Positions 38,201 to 47,800 of a stretch of 64,000 nt of DNA are shown here, one piece after another. Both the position numbers and the translations under genes were made by a program. Each line of letters begins with the position of its first letter. Position 1 is the stretch's first letter. Location: positions 83,434-147,433 of the IMG/VR virus record IMGVR_UViG_3300005098_000017, one strand, 5' to 3'. The DNA comes from a virus. The notes under the pieces are model-generated. The model did not search any database and was not told the DNA's origin. It saw nothing but the letters and a program-made list of their open reading frames with translations.

Positions 38201-39342
38201 TCAAGGAGGCGTTAGCTAAGCATATGGCTGACGTTTTTGCTAATAGGGAGCTTAGGAATGTACTGGGTACATCGATGGCTGGTAAAGCTGATGTGATAAG
38301 AACAGGGTATGCATTAGCATTGCAGCATATATATAAATTAAGAGCTGAAGGGCTTTCATATCAGGATATAAGTAAGATCATGGGATTAAGCATTCCAGAA
38401 GCATTTGGTCAAGTATTTGATAAATGGATGGCGGCGGGTTCTGAAAGACAGAAGATGATTCTCACATTTGAAAGGGAAATACTCGATAAGGTATTAAAGA
38501 TGAAGCGTGGTGGTTCTCCAGAGGCGATGGCTGAAGCAATAAATAATCTTGCTAATGAGTTGCTGGAGTATAGTAAGGTTTCATCATCTGTTGCGAAGAA
38601 AGGACATGAGTTAATAGATAAATTTGTTGCAGAAATTGATTGGGAGAAGATGGGATTGAAGCCGCGTGATGCTTTATACATGATGGGGTGGTTATTAAGA
38701 AACACGCAATGGACTATCCGTAATTCCAGTTATCTTGTTACGAGACAATCGATAAATAGAGGTCTTATTGAAGCATATGCGATGTTTGCATCCCGTTTGC
38801 TGAGTCAACCGACGGGTCCTACGGTAAGCCCGACATTGTTAGATGCATTGTCGGGTGAGGTATTAAGGGGCATGGCAAAGGAGCCGAAGCCATTGAATGA
38901 ATTACTTGGCGAGCAAACAGCAAATATGAGGTTTAGGGAGGCATTGGCGGGCTTCCTTACAAAAACATTTGAGAATTTATCTAAATCAAGAAAACATAGA
39001 TTGCTATTAGCAGGTGCATTGGCTGGGATAGCGGGATATATATTAAGCGGGCCGAAATTAAGAGGAGATATATTTTCATTTGGTATCGATATAGGCACAG
39101 TGCATGGATTGGAGCCGAGCTTCTTTGATGGTAGATGGACATACCCTGAGTTGCCCCGAGGGGAGGATATAAGGGGTTTGGAGAATCCATATCATAAAAG
39201 GAAAATTTATATTCTACGTAATATAAGGCGCAGGAACCCTGCATTATTTAATGAGTTAAGGAGGCGCGGTATAATTCAAGAGTGGGAAATGTCGGCGCCT
39301 TATGATTACCCACGCAGAGAAAGGAAGGTGATCTATGTATGA
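32281..39342 (+). CDS. Giant protein, 2353 aa: DEDDh exonuclease-like domain plus candidate single-chain two-barrel RNA polymerase
   Basis: FMDAEW / GKNFWSSE / HFGEQD (Exo I-III); GEGHMFIHRR, KWVTYYQKG, GRMP and LGDWDTD in RNAP order; ORF certain, function inferred. Confidence 0.65.
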   Translation: MAVIRKKHTYLRTFTRRKEREKGNRFAKFGLGVAALVPIVYLVRGRGFERLHDFLKTFAEASYKKEARASEASLWAYGPLDRIKKAFMDNPFLSVLGNVTKKEAQGRSVREVLNKLKDIVELLREYYSVAEIRKLFNEDIIPYADKASKLIVEEEKQLVYKYQLMFERALKILTRKINEKGWLPRDPFHFRLLSKYLPHSYKFGLFYGTMPSFSAPLFEISTASGQFAQIFQREVKNLSESEVLLGQHVEQVIKDYVKKHVVVNPEWELAASEVFKHLSAEEHLQVRNLVTRITEQVAKWLHRHAGIDATDLPDVHVVIKAQRYYDVPMLVAQLSVVDLRGVKRSIEIKLGVPQKSGLMAAIGNYPTANVRFAQGNRVRSIFSLKLERLGEMFEHALNDLYEGKSEDYVTRRIHRIIGRYDLYGTGRNDKAFQLVHSIVDKDFKDYAAYNAKKRFLKRAAELVLGVRKGKYRVFMDAEWVMAGISSTGTQYAVTESRRRLIWSFAIQVFDDLGNEVDKLVVFIDPKTISDEFFMSQVRRFGLSKAAAEEALKAVRGRVAMPAGYVRVDSEMEASRLICKKIKDIINKYGKDDLLVMGKNFWSSEVALLERAFKADSNILNYIKRKLVDIEDIYRLVYGAKAINRSLSVEAILDYVKVSDEGSKLLGRLLNYEPRVEVQAFANLVRSLHFGEQDNRIAYILSKIAESMVNNDPELRERVLRIYDIVAKSQGAVLSFTTQQEFMQRAYNYVKEQLKSVGVGSPNAARKWRFEYPFNPADWVPLFVPTLEKQRYQLGRGLPLSEASKRLLETLKKEYARRVLGLGEADINYLGPALISMPFKRFLEQQMLYNVRSVFTIPVFSTFFPFAGEGHMFIHRRLTELSTVVQEVISQKIPISRLENMDARMQLWAKLFESAMEAVKTSPKLGELIKSKFNNDIVKFLRAVDLSIVIGRYRGWIKDSERLANVLAQLFPGFPIKRFVGHAIGRNLRGLTIKQYMALRRGVRAPKINLGDIWKEIFSDKAAAHPLYDMLSNDNMLKLGLMDESAQAGYAQCALIREIFNRLVESGLHLTNPEQYIKYGTFVMTDRLQLGDKVVKIGYNGKLVFNKVITSYDLTGIPSLDFSLTYEIVLPTPLKWVTYYQKGMGTAQRWSLSQFPYYLIEPARFMERGELGIFIETEMTRLKEALIKKYGVREAANVMSKMTKDLNDYMNRVVNYAIKEHGLPIKLTSPLFIFNPKMMAIEGNYDLFNTLTTEQKGLLWTVFLEGLPEKVGKIGGYPSLFDYLEAKFKEHGIVVTPQERRIFRRYVQKQYALYKNKKISEKEFFETVLLKDIADERIRNWFSRLYYGDDREQLARLFDIYQIKLGKRVVELIGLGRHSPFGLGDTALTSTYKSFVRIPMQMYWDIHRWPHLEGMAQFIDAFQAQNLPIYETLLKMADMLKMSQSSIDELVKAGGIYAVPVRRFFDFVRKHMNLLRSIREDIYVPEKILEEAHGDMVRAVQMMLDLGVSLTDFKENAIKFEGAQVRAQVAKEVQDFLRQIFEEAQGKRVVIDVGRAMSVSYKNLESMIGQNDAIIRDLIKYLERMGYNKLKYIPLGTREFWDLSFHQIGRDQVIVEPQVKKLLQLMASIASIKGKVQATGVPSAQVKFEERNVFYKQFVNYLGSIASSFIGRQSLWARTAVTHLPGVEGVGLPSFLLFNKSRLLDTVVWEPFTTYVDASVIENLRGMLEAAGFSKEFIDAFYKGSPNVAFLGMPGRMPFHPGMGLIGFIKSLTKQQKKHVSSVSDAVKIYMDPLLITKVLLGDWDTDRLMALLTMTSPKGAEDITRIWKWVYGLSDQDVAFLMSYGKFRAGDRKAIGELQTFFTSVFEKMTKEQKEAYIQSKEFEDMLHKRLSAIVARMKEGYLSWFGKSEAEELSERVEFLVTGDVTKIPTTEGKVIYLPTILAQMRGYTMKIEKMWPFIQEAKEIARKEGIPFKEALAKHMADVFANRELRNVLGTSMAGKADVIRTGYALALQHIYKLRAEGLSYQDISKIMGLSIPEAFGQVFDKWMAAGSERQKMILTFEREILDKVLKMKRGGSPEAMAEAINNLANELLEYSKVSSSVAKKGHELIDKFVAEIDWEKMGLKPRDALYMMGWLLRNTQWTIRNSSYLVTRQSINRGLIEAYAMFASRLLSQPTGPTVSPTLLDALSGEVLRGMAKEPKPLNELLGEQTANMRFREALAGFLTKTFENLSKSRKHRLLLAGALAGIAGYILSGPKLRGDIFSFGIDIGTVHGLEPSFFDGRWTYPELPRGEDIRGLENPYHKRKIYILRNIRRRNPALFNELRRRGIIQEWEMSAPYDYPRRERKVIYV

Positions 39343-39506
39343 AAATTATAGTTAGAGTATCACCAAATGCAGATATTGTTCGTGTTGAAGCGGCAATACG
39401 TAATGCTTTGATGGCGTATGATTTAGATGTACGGTCGATACAAGTGGTAACAACAGCTTTCGGACAGGAGGAGTATGCCAGAGGACCCGAAAAAACCGAG
39501 GCTTGA
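39339..39506 (+). CDS. Small 55-aa protein missing from the ORF track (MKIIVRVSPNADIVRVEAAIRNALMAYDLDVRSIQVVTTAFGQEEYARGPEKTEA)
   Basis: ATGA overlap with the previous stop; purine-rich SD-like AGGAAGGTG upstream; fills the only gap in the gene chain. Confidence 0.7.
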   Translation: MKIIVRVSPNADIVRVEAAIRNALMAYDLDVRSIQVVTTAFGQEEYARGPEKTEA

Positions 39507-42500
39507 TTACAGGACAGCTATTATAGGTACTGTTCCTGTGATTGTTACAGATTTTAGAGTTGTTGAGAATTTTTCCTACCAGCAGATACAGACGCTACGT
39601 ATGGATAATAATGTTATTTACCAGATACCCGGAAGGAATTTGTATGTTATTATTGGATTAGAATTTCCTGATGGTTATTCCATTAATACAGGACTGCGTG
39701 AGCTCCATGCCATGATGTTTCTTGCTTCCATTGTACCTATTTATAGTCCGTGGCTTAATGACATGGTTATTGCATCGTTTGATCAATATAGAGGGCTTGC
39801 TGAATTAATGGGTGTTAATACAGATGTAAACATTTATGCATTGCGTCGTTTAACGATGAGATCTGTTGAGTCGCCTTATGCTATTGGTGTTGAGATGGAG
39901 ATTGCTCCCATGGATTTAGATGCGGCGCGGCTTAAACCCCAATTCCTTGTGGATGAAGAGGCAGCGCGGGCTAAATCTGAATTTATAGCGAGGTTGTTTG
40001 AGTTATATGAAACGATGAAGAGAAGTGAGGACCCGCTGGCTTATTTGGATGGCTTTACATCTATCTACAATGATTACAAGAGGGCTGTTGCTAATAAGGT
40101 TGTCGACTTCCTATGGCAGTCAGAATTATTTAAAAGGTGGATAAGCATAATATATCCTGAGGGTGATAAGTCACTTTTACCAGTTCAAGGGGTGCGGCTT
40201 AAACGGCAGCTTGGTATATGGAGACAAACGCCATTTGCTAATATTGTTATTCATTATCTTCATATGGCTGATGATATCGTATCGTTGCGAGATGAAATCC
40301 ATAAGTATGTTTCAGATGTGGCTAGTAGTACAGCGAAAATGATCCGTGATTATGTAGCTGATTACGAACAAATTCAGCAGGTTGGCGCGCCTCGACGATT
40401 TTTTCAAGTATTACAGACATTATATAATAGCATTAAAGGTGGCATACGCACCCGTGTTGATAGTTCATTAATGGGTACTATAGCATTTGGCAATCAGATA
40501 AGAGAGATGTTACTTGAGGTTGCATTACGTATGGATAATGGGCAGAGAGGTAAGTTTACTAACTATGTGCAAAGGATTCTATCTCTGACGGCGGGGCCTA
40601 ATCTAGTAGTCCCTGAGATGATGATGGAAGGTGAATCAGCTATTGTTACAATGTCTGATTTTCTTACTAGATTTTTTGCGGAATTAGGTAAGAAGTTGGA
40701 TACGGATTCATACAAAATTTTTGTTGATTTATTTGCTGATGTTATGTCTGAACGTATTGCGTATTGGGAGTTGTTTTCAAAGGTGATGAAATATGAGACA
40801 TTTGATTTTGGTAAGTATCGTGCTACTCCAACCAGATGGGAATACACTGTGACTAATAAATTTGTACCTCTGAGGATTGGTGATGCAGTAGCTCCCTTGT
40901 TGCAACATCTTGGTACTGACAGTCCTATATTTAGGGTGCAGTATGCATGTGGTGATGGTCTGGCCATAAGGCAGCTAAAACAGTTAAGAGATGATGTTGA
41001 TAAGGCTGTGCAACAGATAAATGAAATAGGGTCATATTTCCCTTGGATTACGAGATATATAGAGCCTATAATATTATCCTCAACGGACGGCTTAATTGAA
41101 TTTCTGGGCATGCAGCATGCGGTTTTAGATTCAGTAAGTATTAATCCGATGGAAGAAGCCGCGATGGTTGCTGAGGCTACATGTACATTTGTTGCCTCTG
41201 ATATAACGATTTTTGATTACGAGCAGTTTGAGTTTGCCGATACTGTTGGTGCCAATAATTTATCATGTCTATTATTATTCTATGCATTGCGTAAATGGTA
41301 CCAGGAAATTTTTGGCAAAGACCTTCCTCCGAGTGGTACTGTTGCAGAGACGGTGCAGCCATTAAAGGAAGGTGAAGATATTTCGAAGCTAAGGATTCCG
41401 TTTAAATTGTTTGATGTTATGGATTCACAGAATGTAACGAAGCGTGCATTTCAGTATGCGATGACATTATCCAAAGCTGAGAATCAGAATTATTATAACT
41501 TCACTATCTATAATTCAGATAAAAAGGCTGTATATGCATTAAATGAGGGTGTGGTTACTAACGTAACTAATAATCTGGTTGATGGTTATATAGTTCGTGT
41601 GAAAAACGGTGATTTTGTAACGGAGTATAGGAATCTGGGGAAATTGGCAGAGGATATTAAGCCGGGCGAAAAGGTGTTGGGTGGACAATATTTAGGGGAG
41701 GCGCGCTTCTTTGCTAGTGGAACATATCCAACCGAAGTACAGGAAAAAGAAGTTAAAATGCTACCTAACCTATTAGGATTAGGGGTGCCTGAGGTTGTTC
41801 AAGAATACAAGAAGAAAGTAAAAACATCTGGTCCTGCGCCTTATGGGGTGTTTATATTATTTATGTATAAAAATATTCCATTGGACCTAGAAATTTATAA
41901 AGGTAAGGAGGTTTTTGAAAAAGCAGCTAATATATCTGCGCCCACAGATATATATGCATATTTTTGGACCCATACTAAGGATGATAAAATAACATGGGCT
42001 GGGCATACCTATGATGTGAAAAATAATCCTTATGTCCAAGGATATGTAAATAGTGTCTTAGGTGGGATACCTATTTTAGAATCAATTTCGAATCGTGTTT
42101 TTGATGAGAAGACATTTTTTGATGTCCTTATTCGATTACTGATGGAGAAATGTATGACATGTGTATCGTCATTTGATATTGCTGGCTTGGAGCAGAAACT
42201 TGCAAATGAATTGGGTATGGAGCCGGCTTCTGCAACTGATAAAGCTGTTCCAACACAGGAGGAATATGTGCCCGTTCTTGGCCGTCCATACTTTACCCAC
42301 CCATCATTGGAAGAGATGAAACTACCAGAGCCACAATTACCTCCTAAGGTAACTCCGGCACCAGAGGAAGGAAAAATGGAAGTACCTGAGGAGAAAGTAG
42401 AGAAACCGCAGCTTTCTGCACCAAAAGAATTACCTGAGGAGGCCCCGCCAGTAGAGGTGCCGCCTAGTGAACCACCAATGATAGAAGAAGGTGAAAAAGA

Positions 42501-44868
42501 GGAGGGTGATCTTTTAAATAGACTCATAGCACGTTACATGGCGCTTGTATCGCAAGATATGAAATATTTACAGCAGTTACCACCTACCCCTATAGTTGAT
42601 ATGGAAGCGGTGCCTACTGATGATGAACTTATACATAGGAGAAATAGTGGTTTATGGGAGCATTTAAAGCAGCATTACACAGAGTTTGTAAAATTGGAAG
42701 CTGTATTGTCACAGAAATTTGGTGATGAATTCTTTAAGGATTTTGATGAACGGGTAAAAGCTGAGCGTGAGGAATTACGGAAACTAGAAGGTGGTGGATT
42801 ATACCGTTGGGTTGTTGCAGATCGTTACCGTGAAATAATTAATGATGAATATGTGACATATGGTATACCGTGGCAAAGTTTGAAGGATCAGGCACCCTTT
42901 GATGAATTGTTGCCATTGATAAAACAGAGACATGCTGTTGTTGTCAGTCTTATGAGGAATTTATTTGAACTGGGGAAAAATTCTTCTGAACGTGATTTCT
43001 GGGCCGTGGCTTCTTCAAGATTTGAAAATAGGCTGTCCTTCTTTAACAATGGTCTTGATCAGATTGCTGCTGAATACGGTGATAATTCAATGGAGATAAT
43101 TGAATTTTATGATAATGCTTTGGTGAAGGAGCAGGATTATTTATCAGCTCTCGAAGAGGCTTATGAGAGTCAGTTGGTTAGAGAGGAAAAGAAAGAATCT
43201 ATAGAGAAAAAGGATATGCCATCCAGTACTATACCACCAGCTGGTACTCCAAATCGTCTGCCTGAGTTAGAAGCAAAATATAAGGAGATCATAGGATATG
43301 AACGAGATCTATTGGAAGCGGCACAGGATTTAAAAGATCCTTATTGGAAGAATGCATTGGAGGAGTTTAACAAGCGTGTGGCTAATTATGAGAGGGATAT
43401 TGAGGAGGCCGCGGGCCCAGATTTAGAAAAAATTTATGAGAATGCTATAGCTTATGAGACAATGATGCTTGATAATTATAAGACCAAATATCAGAAGCAG
43501 AGGGCTATTGGAGATTATACGAAGCCGCCAATGCCCCAGCATGTGGCGCCGGTGACGGTTCCGAGGGCTAAACCAGTAAAACCACCTACGGAAATTGTTA
43601 TTCCACCAGATGAGGTAGAGATGTGGCGTGAACTGTTAGATTTTATGGCTGATAGCTATATTAGGGGTAATTTGTTTAAAGATGTTGATTTGGTAAGTAA
43701 GATAGATGCAAATGATATAGATGGGTCATTTAATGCTATTTTATCACAGATAGCATCTTCTCATATGGAATTAGATAGTGTAGATGCTGTTGCTGTGCAT
43801 ATAACAGCTAGTGGTCCAGCAAGTGATAATTTTATTGGAGGTTGGGAAAGATTAGCTAGAAGTTTTGATTTACAGGGTGGTGTTGAGAAAGCTCGACGTA
43901 AGCATAAAGGAGCATATAGTATTTATCATATATTAATTGGTAATGGTTTTATAAAACATTATCGTGATAAAATTCGGGGATTTGATTCTAAATATGATGG
44001 TTTGATTATGGTATGCCGTCCATTGACACAGATGGCGAATCATATTGGGGGATTGAATCGTCAATCTATTAGTGTTGCATGGGTTGGTATGCCATTTATG
44101 CAAGTTCTTAGGAATAGTCGTGCATGTAAATATCCTATACAGACAGCTACTCCATTTCCTCATATAGGTTTTTGGGAATATGTGATCGAGCCGGCATATC
44201 AGTCGTTGCTAAGAGAGCATAAGCCGCCGACTTATACTGCTTTAAGACAGAGGGCATTTGAAATATTGGATGATAATGGTTGGATAGAGCCTCCTGATAA
44301 AAGTATAAATAGTCAGGTTGTGGCATTTACAAATGAGTTTTACGATAAAGTGCCGGCTTATGACTTTACTCATTATATAGCGAATGGTGGGGTTATAACA
44401 TGGCCGAGTTGGGGAGATTTGCTACAGGGTGGTAAGATGAAAATAGATGCACATGCAATACCGGGGATAGGAGAGCGTAAGAGTGGTATATGTGTAAGCA
44501 AGATAGGGGGTAAATTTGCTCTTAAATATATTTATGGTATGAGTCCGCGTGCTTGGGATAGATTAGTCAAAGTTGTTGGCGTATTGCGTATGTTATATTC
44601 TAAAGCATTTAATAAGGTTGTTACTGTTGGTGGACATTCGGAATTGTACACATTATTAGATACATCCCATCGTGCAACAGGTAAGGTATGTCCCGGGTTT
44701 AATCTGCGTGGGAAAAGTAGAGGAAATTATGATTTGATACTAGAGATAAGGAGAGGTGCTAATGCGTATTTACCAGATTTGGGTTATGAGTTGTGGTTGT
44801 CGCCGACTGCGGAGAAATATTGGGAGAAATATTTTAAAGCCGTTATTAAGGCTATAGGAGAATCATAA
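39475..44868 (+). CDS. Multidomain tail/baseplate protein with a degenerate M23-like domain and a C-terminal N-acetylmuramoyl-L-alanine amidase (Amidase_2), 1797 aa
   Basis: M23-like AVYALNEGVV..GYIVRVKN..TEYRNL..IKPGEKV..GQYLG; amidase motifs VAVHITA, IYHILI, ANHIGGLNRQSISVAWVG, VGGHSEL, KVCPG. Confidence 0.75.
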   Translation: MPEDPKKPRLDYRTAIIGTVPVIVTDFRVVENFSYQQIQTLRMDNNVIYQIPGRNLYVIIGLEFPDGYSINTGLRELHAMMFLASIVPIYSPWLNDMVIASFDQYRGLAELMGVNTDVNIYALRRLTMRSVESPYAIGVEMEIAPMDLDAARLKPQFLVDEEAARAKSEFIARLFELYETMKRSEDPLAYLDGFTSIYNDYKRAVANKVVDFLWQSELFKRWISIIYPEGDKSLLPVQGVRLKRQLGIWRQTPFANIVIHYLHMADDIVSLRDEIHKYVSDVASSTAKMIRDYVADYEQIQQVGAPRRFFQVLQTLYNSIKGGIRTRVDSSLMGTIAFGNQIREMLLEVALRMDNGQRGKFTNYVQRILSLTAGPNLVVPEMMMEGESAIVTMSDFLTRFFAELGKKLDTDSYKIFVDLFADVMSERIAYWELFSKVMKYETFDFGKYRATPTRWEYTVTNKFVPLRIGDAVAPLLQHLGTDSPIFRVQYACGDGLAIRQLKQLRDDVDKAVQQINEIGSYFPWITRYIEPIILSSTDGLIEFLGMQHAVLDSVSINPMEEAAMVAEATCTFVASDITIFDYEQFEFADTVGANNLSCLLLFYALRKWYQEIFGKDLPPSGTVAETVQPLKEGEDISKLRIPFKLFDVMDSQNVTKRAFQYAMTLSKAENQNYYNFTIYNSDKKAVYALNEGVVTNVTNNLVDGYIVRVKNGDFVTEYRNLGKLAEDIKPGEKVLGGQYLGEARFFASGTYPTEVQEKEVKMLPNLLGLGVPEVVQEYKKKVKTSGPAPYGVFILFMYKNIPLDLEIYKGKEVFEKAANISAPTDIYAYFWTHTKDDKITWAGHTYDVKNNPYVQGYVNSVLGGIPILESISNRVFDEKTFFDVLIRLLMEKCMTCVSSFDIAGLEQKLANELGMEPASATDKAVPTQEEYVPVLGRPYFTHPSLEEMKLPEPQLPPKVTPAPEEGKMEVPEEKVEKPQLSAPKELPEEAPPVEVPPSEPPMIEEGEKEEGDLLNRLIARYMALVSQDMKYLQQLPPTPIVDMEAVPTDDELIHRRNSGLWEHLKQHYTEFVKLEAVLSQKFGDEFFKDFDERVKAEREELRKLEGGGLYRWVVADRYREIINDEYVTYGIPWQSLKDQAPFDELLPLIKQRHAVVVSLMRNLFELGKNSSERDFWAVASSRFENRLSFFNNGLDQIAAEYGDNSMEIIEFYDNALVKEQDYLSALEEAYESQLVREEKKESIEKKDMPSSTIPPAGTPNRLPELEAKYKEIIGYERDLLEAAQDLKDPYWKNALEEFNKRVANYERDIEEAAGPDLEKIYENAIAYETMMLDNYKTKYQKQRAIGDYTKPPMPQHVAPVTVPRAKPVKPPTEIVIPPDEVEMWRELLDFMADSYIRGNLFKDVDLVSKIDANDIDGSFNAILSQIASSHMELDSVDAVAVHITASGPASDNFIGGWERLARSFDLQGGVEKARRKHKGAYSIYHILIGNGFIKHYRDKIRGFDSKYDGLIMVCRPLTQMANHIGGLNRQSISVAWVGMPFMQVLRNSRACKYPIQTATPFPHIGFWEYVIEPAYQSLLREHKPPTYTALRQRAFEILDDNGWIEPPDKSINSQVVAFTNEFYDKVPAYDFTHYIANGGVITWPSWGDLLQGGKMKIDAHAIPGIGERKSGICVSKIGGKFALKYIYGMSPRAWDRLVKVVGVLRMLYSKAFNKVVTVGGHSELYTLLDTSHRATGKVCPGFNLRGKSRGNYDLILEIRRGANAYLPDLGYELWLSPTAEKYWEKYFKAVIKAIGES

Positions 44869-47800
44869 TGCCAGAGGATAGAACAAATATTGTCTCCGAT
44901 CCAAGCTCTAAGCCTACTGGAGATGGGAAGACTAAAGATAAGGGTTATGGGATGTTGCCTCTAACGGCTAATTTATTTTTAGATGATATGCTTCAATTTA
45001 CGAATGAAGCATTTCCTCTTGCATCTGCGATGTCTATATTGAGTGGTGATTATCATTTTATTGTGCGTAATTGGACGACGGCTTACCCAGATAGGTATAT
45101 ACCTGACAGGATTTTAAATAAGAGGGGGTCGACGCCTCTATTCTACTATGATAGTGATATAGGAATTAACAATAAAGTTATACGTGCTCTTGTTAATGAG
45201 ACTCGGTATCAGGCTAATATGATTCTTAATCAGTTGGCGGCGTTTACTAATATGCCGGAGGATCTTATTGAATCTATTAAGCAGCAATTAAAGAAATTTT
45301 ATGGACCTGAGGCCGCCAATAAGTTTGAAAATGAAATTAAAAAACATACTTACGGGAAGAAGTTAGATTTAAAGGAATACAGGAAGTTTCTTGAACAATT
45401 TAAAGAGCTTTATTTAGATGATTCGCGGCTTCAATACCTGCTTGATTCATCGGATAAGCAGACAAGCAAGTTGTTAGGTGGCTTGGATGCGCGGCTTGGT
45501 CTATTATCATGGTTAAATGTCCGCAATTACGCGCGCTTATATATTAAGCTTTTGGAGCTCAAGGAGATATTGGAGCAGATTGGAAAGGGAGAGGGAGCCG
45601 TGCCTCCTGATGCTGATGCGCTTAATCTTATAAAGGCGATGATAATAGCTAAGTACAAGGTTGATAATCCAAAGGCATCAGAAGCAGATATATCAGCTAA
45701 GGCTGCTGAGATAGATGCTGCTTTTGGTGATGAAGCAAAGTTAGCACAAGTGTTGACAAAATATGGTAAGGAGCTCGCTGACATATATAGTTCATATGAT
45801 AAATTAAGTAAGTTTGTTGATAAGCTTATTAATGTTTGGACAAAGGATCCATTTTTTAGCGGGTTGTTATCGGCGTATAGGGCAGAGAATAGAAGTATCA
45901 CTGAAATTTTATGGTTGGCAAGGGATATTGCCCATGTTGATGCCGTGTTTGCGGCTAAAAATGTAGAAGATGCTGTGAATACCTATTTCCAGCATTCCCT
46001 TATGGTGGGTCCTAAAGAATTTGAAACACAGTTAGATATTTTATACCGCATTCTGGTTACGTATCCTCTAGAGGTTGCCTATAAAGTGAACCGAATTTAT
46101 CCAACATTCAGGATTTTCCTTGTTCATCCGGGTACGGGGCTTATTTACTCATTCAGAGACTTTTATTCACCAAAGGCTGTTGAGAGTATTGATATTTATA
46201 GAGACAAGTTAGGCACGGCAGATGTATGTCGTATAACGGTTTCCAATCGGGGTGGTCAGTTTGTAACAGATCTTCCAGCATTTCTTGAGCCACATGATAT
46301 TATTGATGCAGGGGGTGCAAGGACACCTCTTATGTTAAAGCCCGGCATGTATCTTATTGTGAAATTAGGCTATGCTAATTTGGAAAATGATCTTAGGACT
46401 AGGTTTATAGGGCGCATAACAGATGTACAGATGCAGGAAGGGCGCATTGTTGTTATGGCACAAGGTCTCGGTACTCAGTTGTTGATGGTACCCGGGCAGG
46501 ATGAGGATCATAAGGGTGAGATTAAAGTCAAAGATGGCGGAATATTAAGGTTATTGGGGTTTGGTTCTATTATAAGTAGTTATGGGGCGCTTATTGCTCA
46601 TTTATTATTACAGACGCGCGGGCTTGGTGATCTAGGTCGCCGTGTGAGTTTGTTCCGTAGGTGGGAGCTAGGGTATCGTGGTGCTGTTTATAAAACGCAT
46701 CGTGGTCCTGTTATGTTTGCATTATCTAATGTATTGAATCGTTTTCTACATAATACAGCACACCTTTTACCATCTTTTGCCAAGAAGGTCGTTGGTGTCT
46801 TTAAATATTCGCCATTATATTATCTGTTGCCTAAGCGGACGCGTGATAATATAGACAAAATGGTTGATGCCTTACCTTTATTGCCCACGATCATGGATTC
46901 ATATCGCCATTACCGGGATGTGACACATAATATTGGTGCGCTTATGGAAAATATTTATATCGATGCTGGTGTTGGTGGAGCTAGTACATACACGGGGCTA
47001 GGAAAATATGCATGGGATATACTAGCTCAATATTTTAGAAGCATATTTGGTGGTATTGGACGTGGGCGTTCGGCTGAAGACATTCAATCGCAGCAGAGAC
47101 CTATTAATAGTGAGGTTGTTCCATGGGGTATTGAATACTATACTCGTGCAAAGTCCTTGTATGATTGCTTGAAGGAAGTAGCATGGTTCTTCCCCGGATA
47201 TATTTTATATACACCGTTTTATAATGAGGATTTTGTGTATAGTGCGCGGGCCACTATATTTATAGGTCAGAAGACATTTTATTACAGATACAGAGATGAT
47301 TTATATTCAAGGGTTGAGGATGGTCCTGTTATTAAGAAAGCATTATTGGAAATCATTGATGATGCGATACAGAATATAGGTAAATTAAAGAAAGTTGACT
47401 GGGTTTATCGTTATGGGCAATTGTTTTATCTATTTCCTGATATAAATTCCATCTTGGGCAAGTACAGCTCTTCACGTATGAGGTCATCGCCGACAACACA
47501 GCCAGGGAAACTTCCCGGTTATTTAGATTTAGTTTCTGGCGGTCGTGCACATGCTGTTCCACAAACAGTAACAGAAAATAAAGGTGATATAACTGGGGAG
47601 GAGTTTAGGGTTCAATTGCAGGATCTTAGGACTCTTATCGAAACAGAGGGTGAATCATTACATAAAACGGGGAAGAACATCTTCCACTTAAAGTTCTTGT
47701 TTAGACCTGAAAATTATTCTCCCGATGTTTATAACTATGTATTATCGATGAAGCCAGAGATTGCGTTGCATATGGTATCAGCGCGCCCGCTTCAAAAAAC

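Noticed and set aside
41520-41710. Active M23 endopeptidase
   Set aside because: The zinc-binding and catalytic histidines are absent; kept only as a degenerate domain
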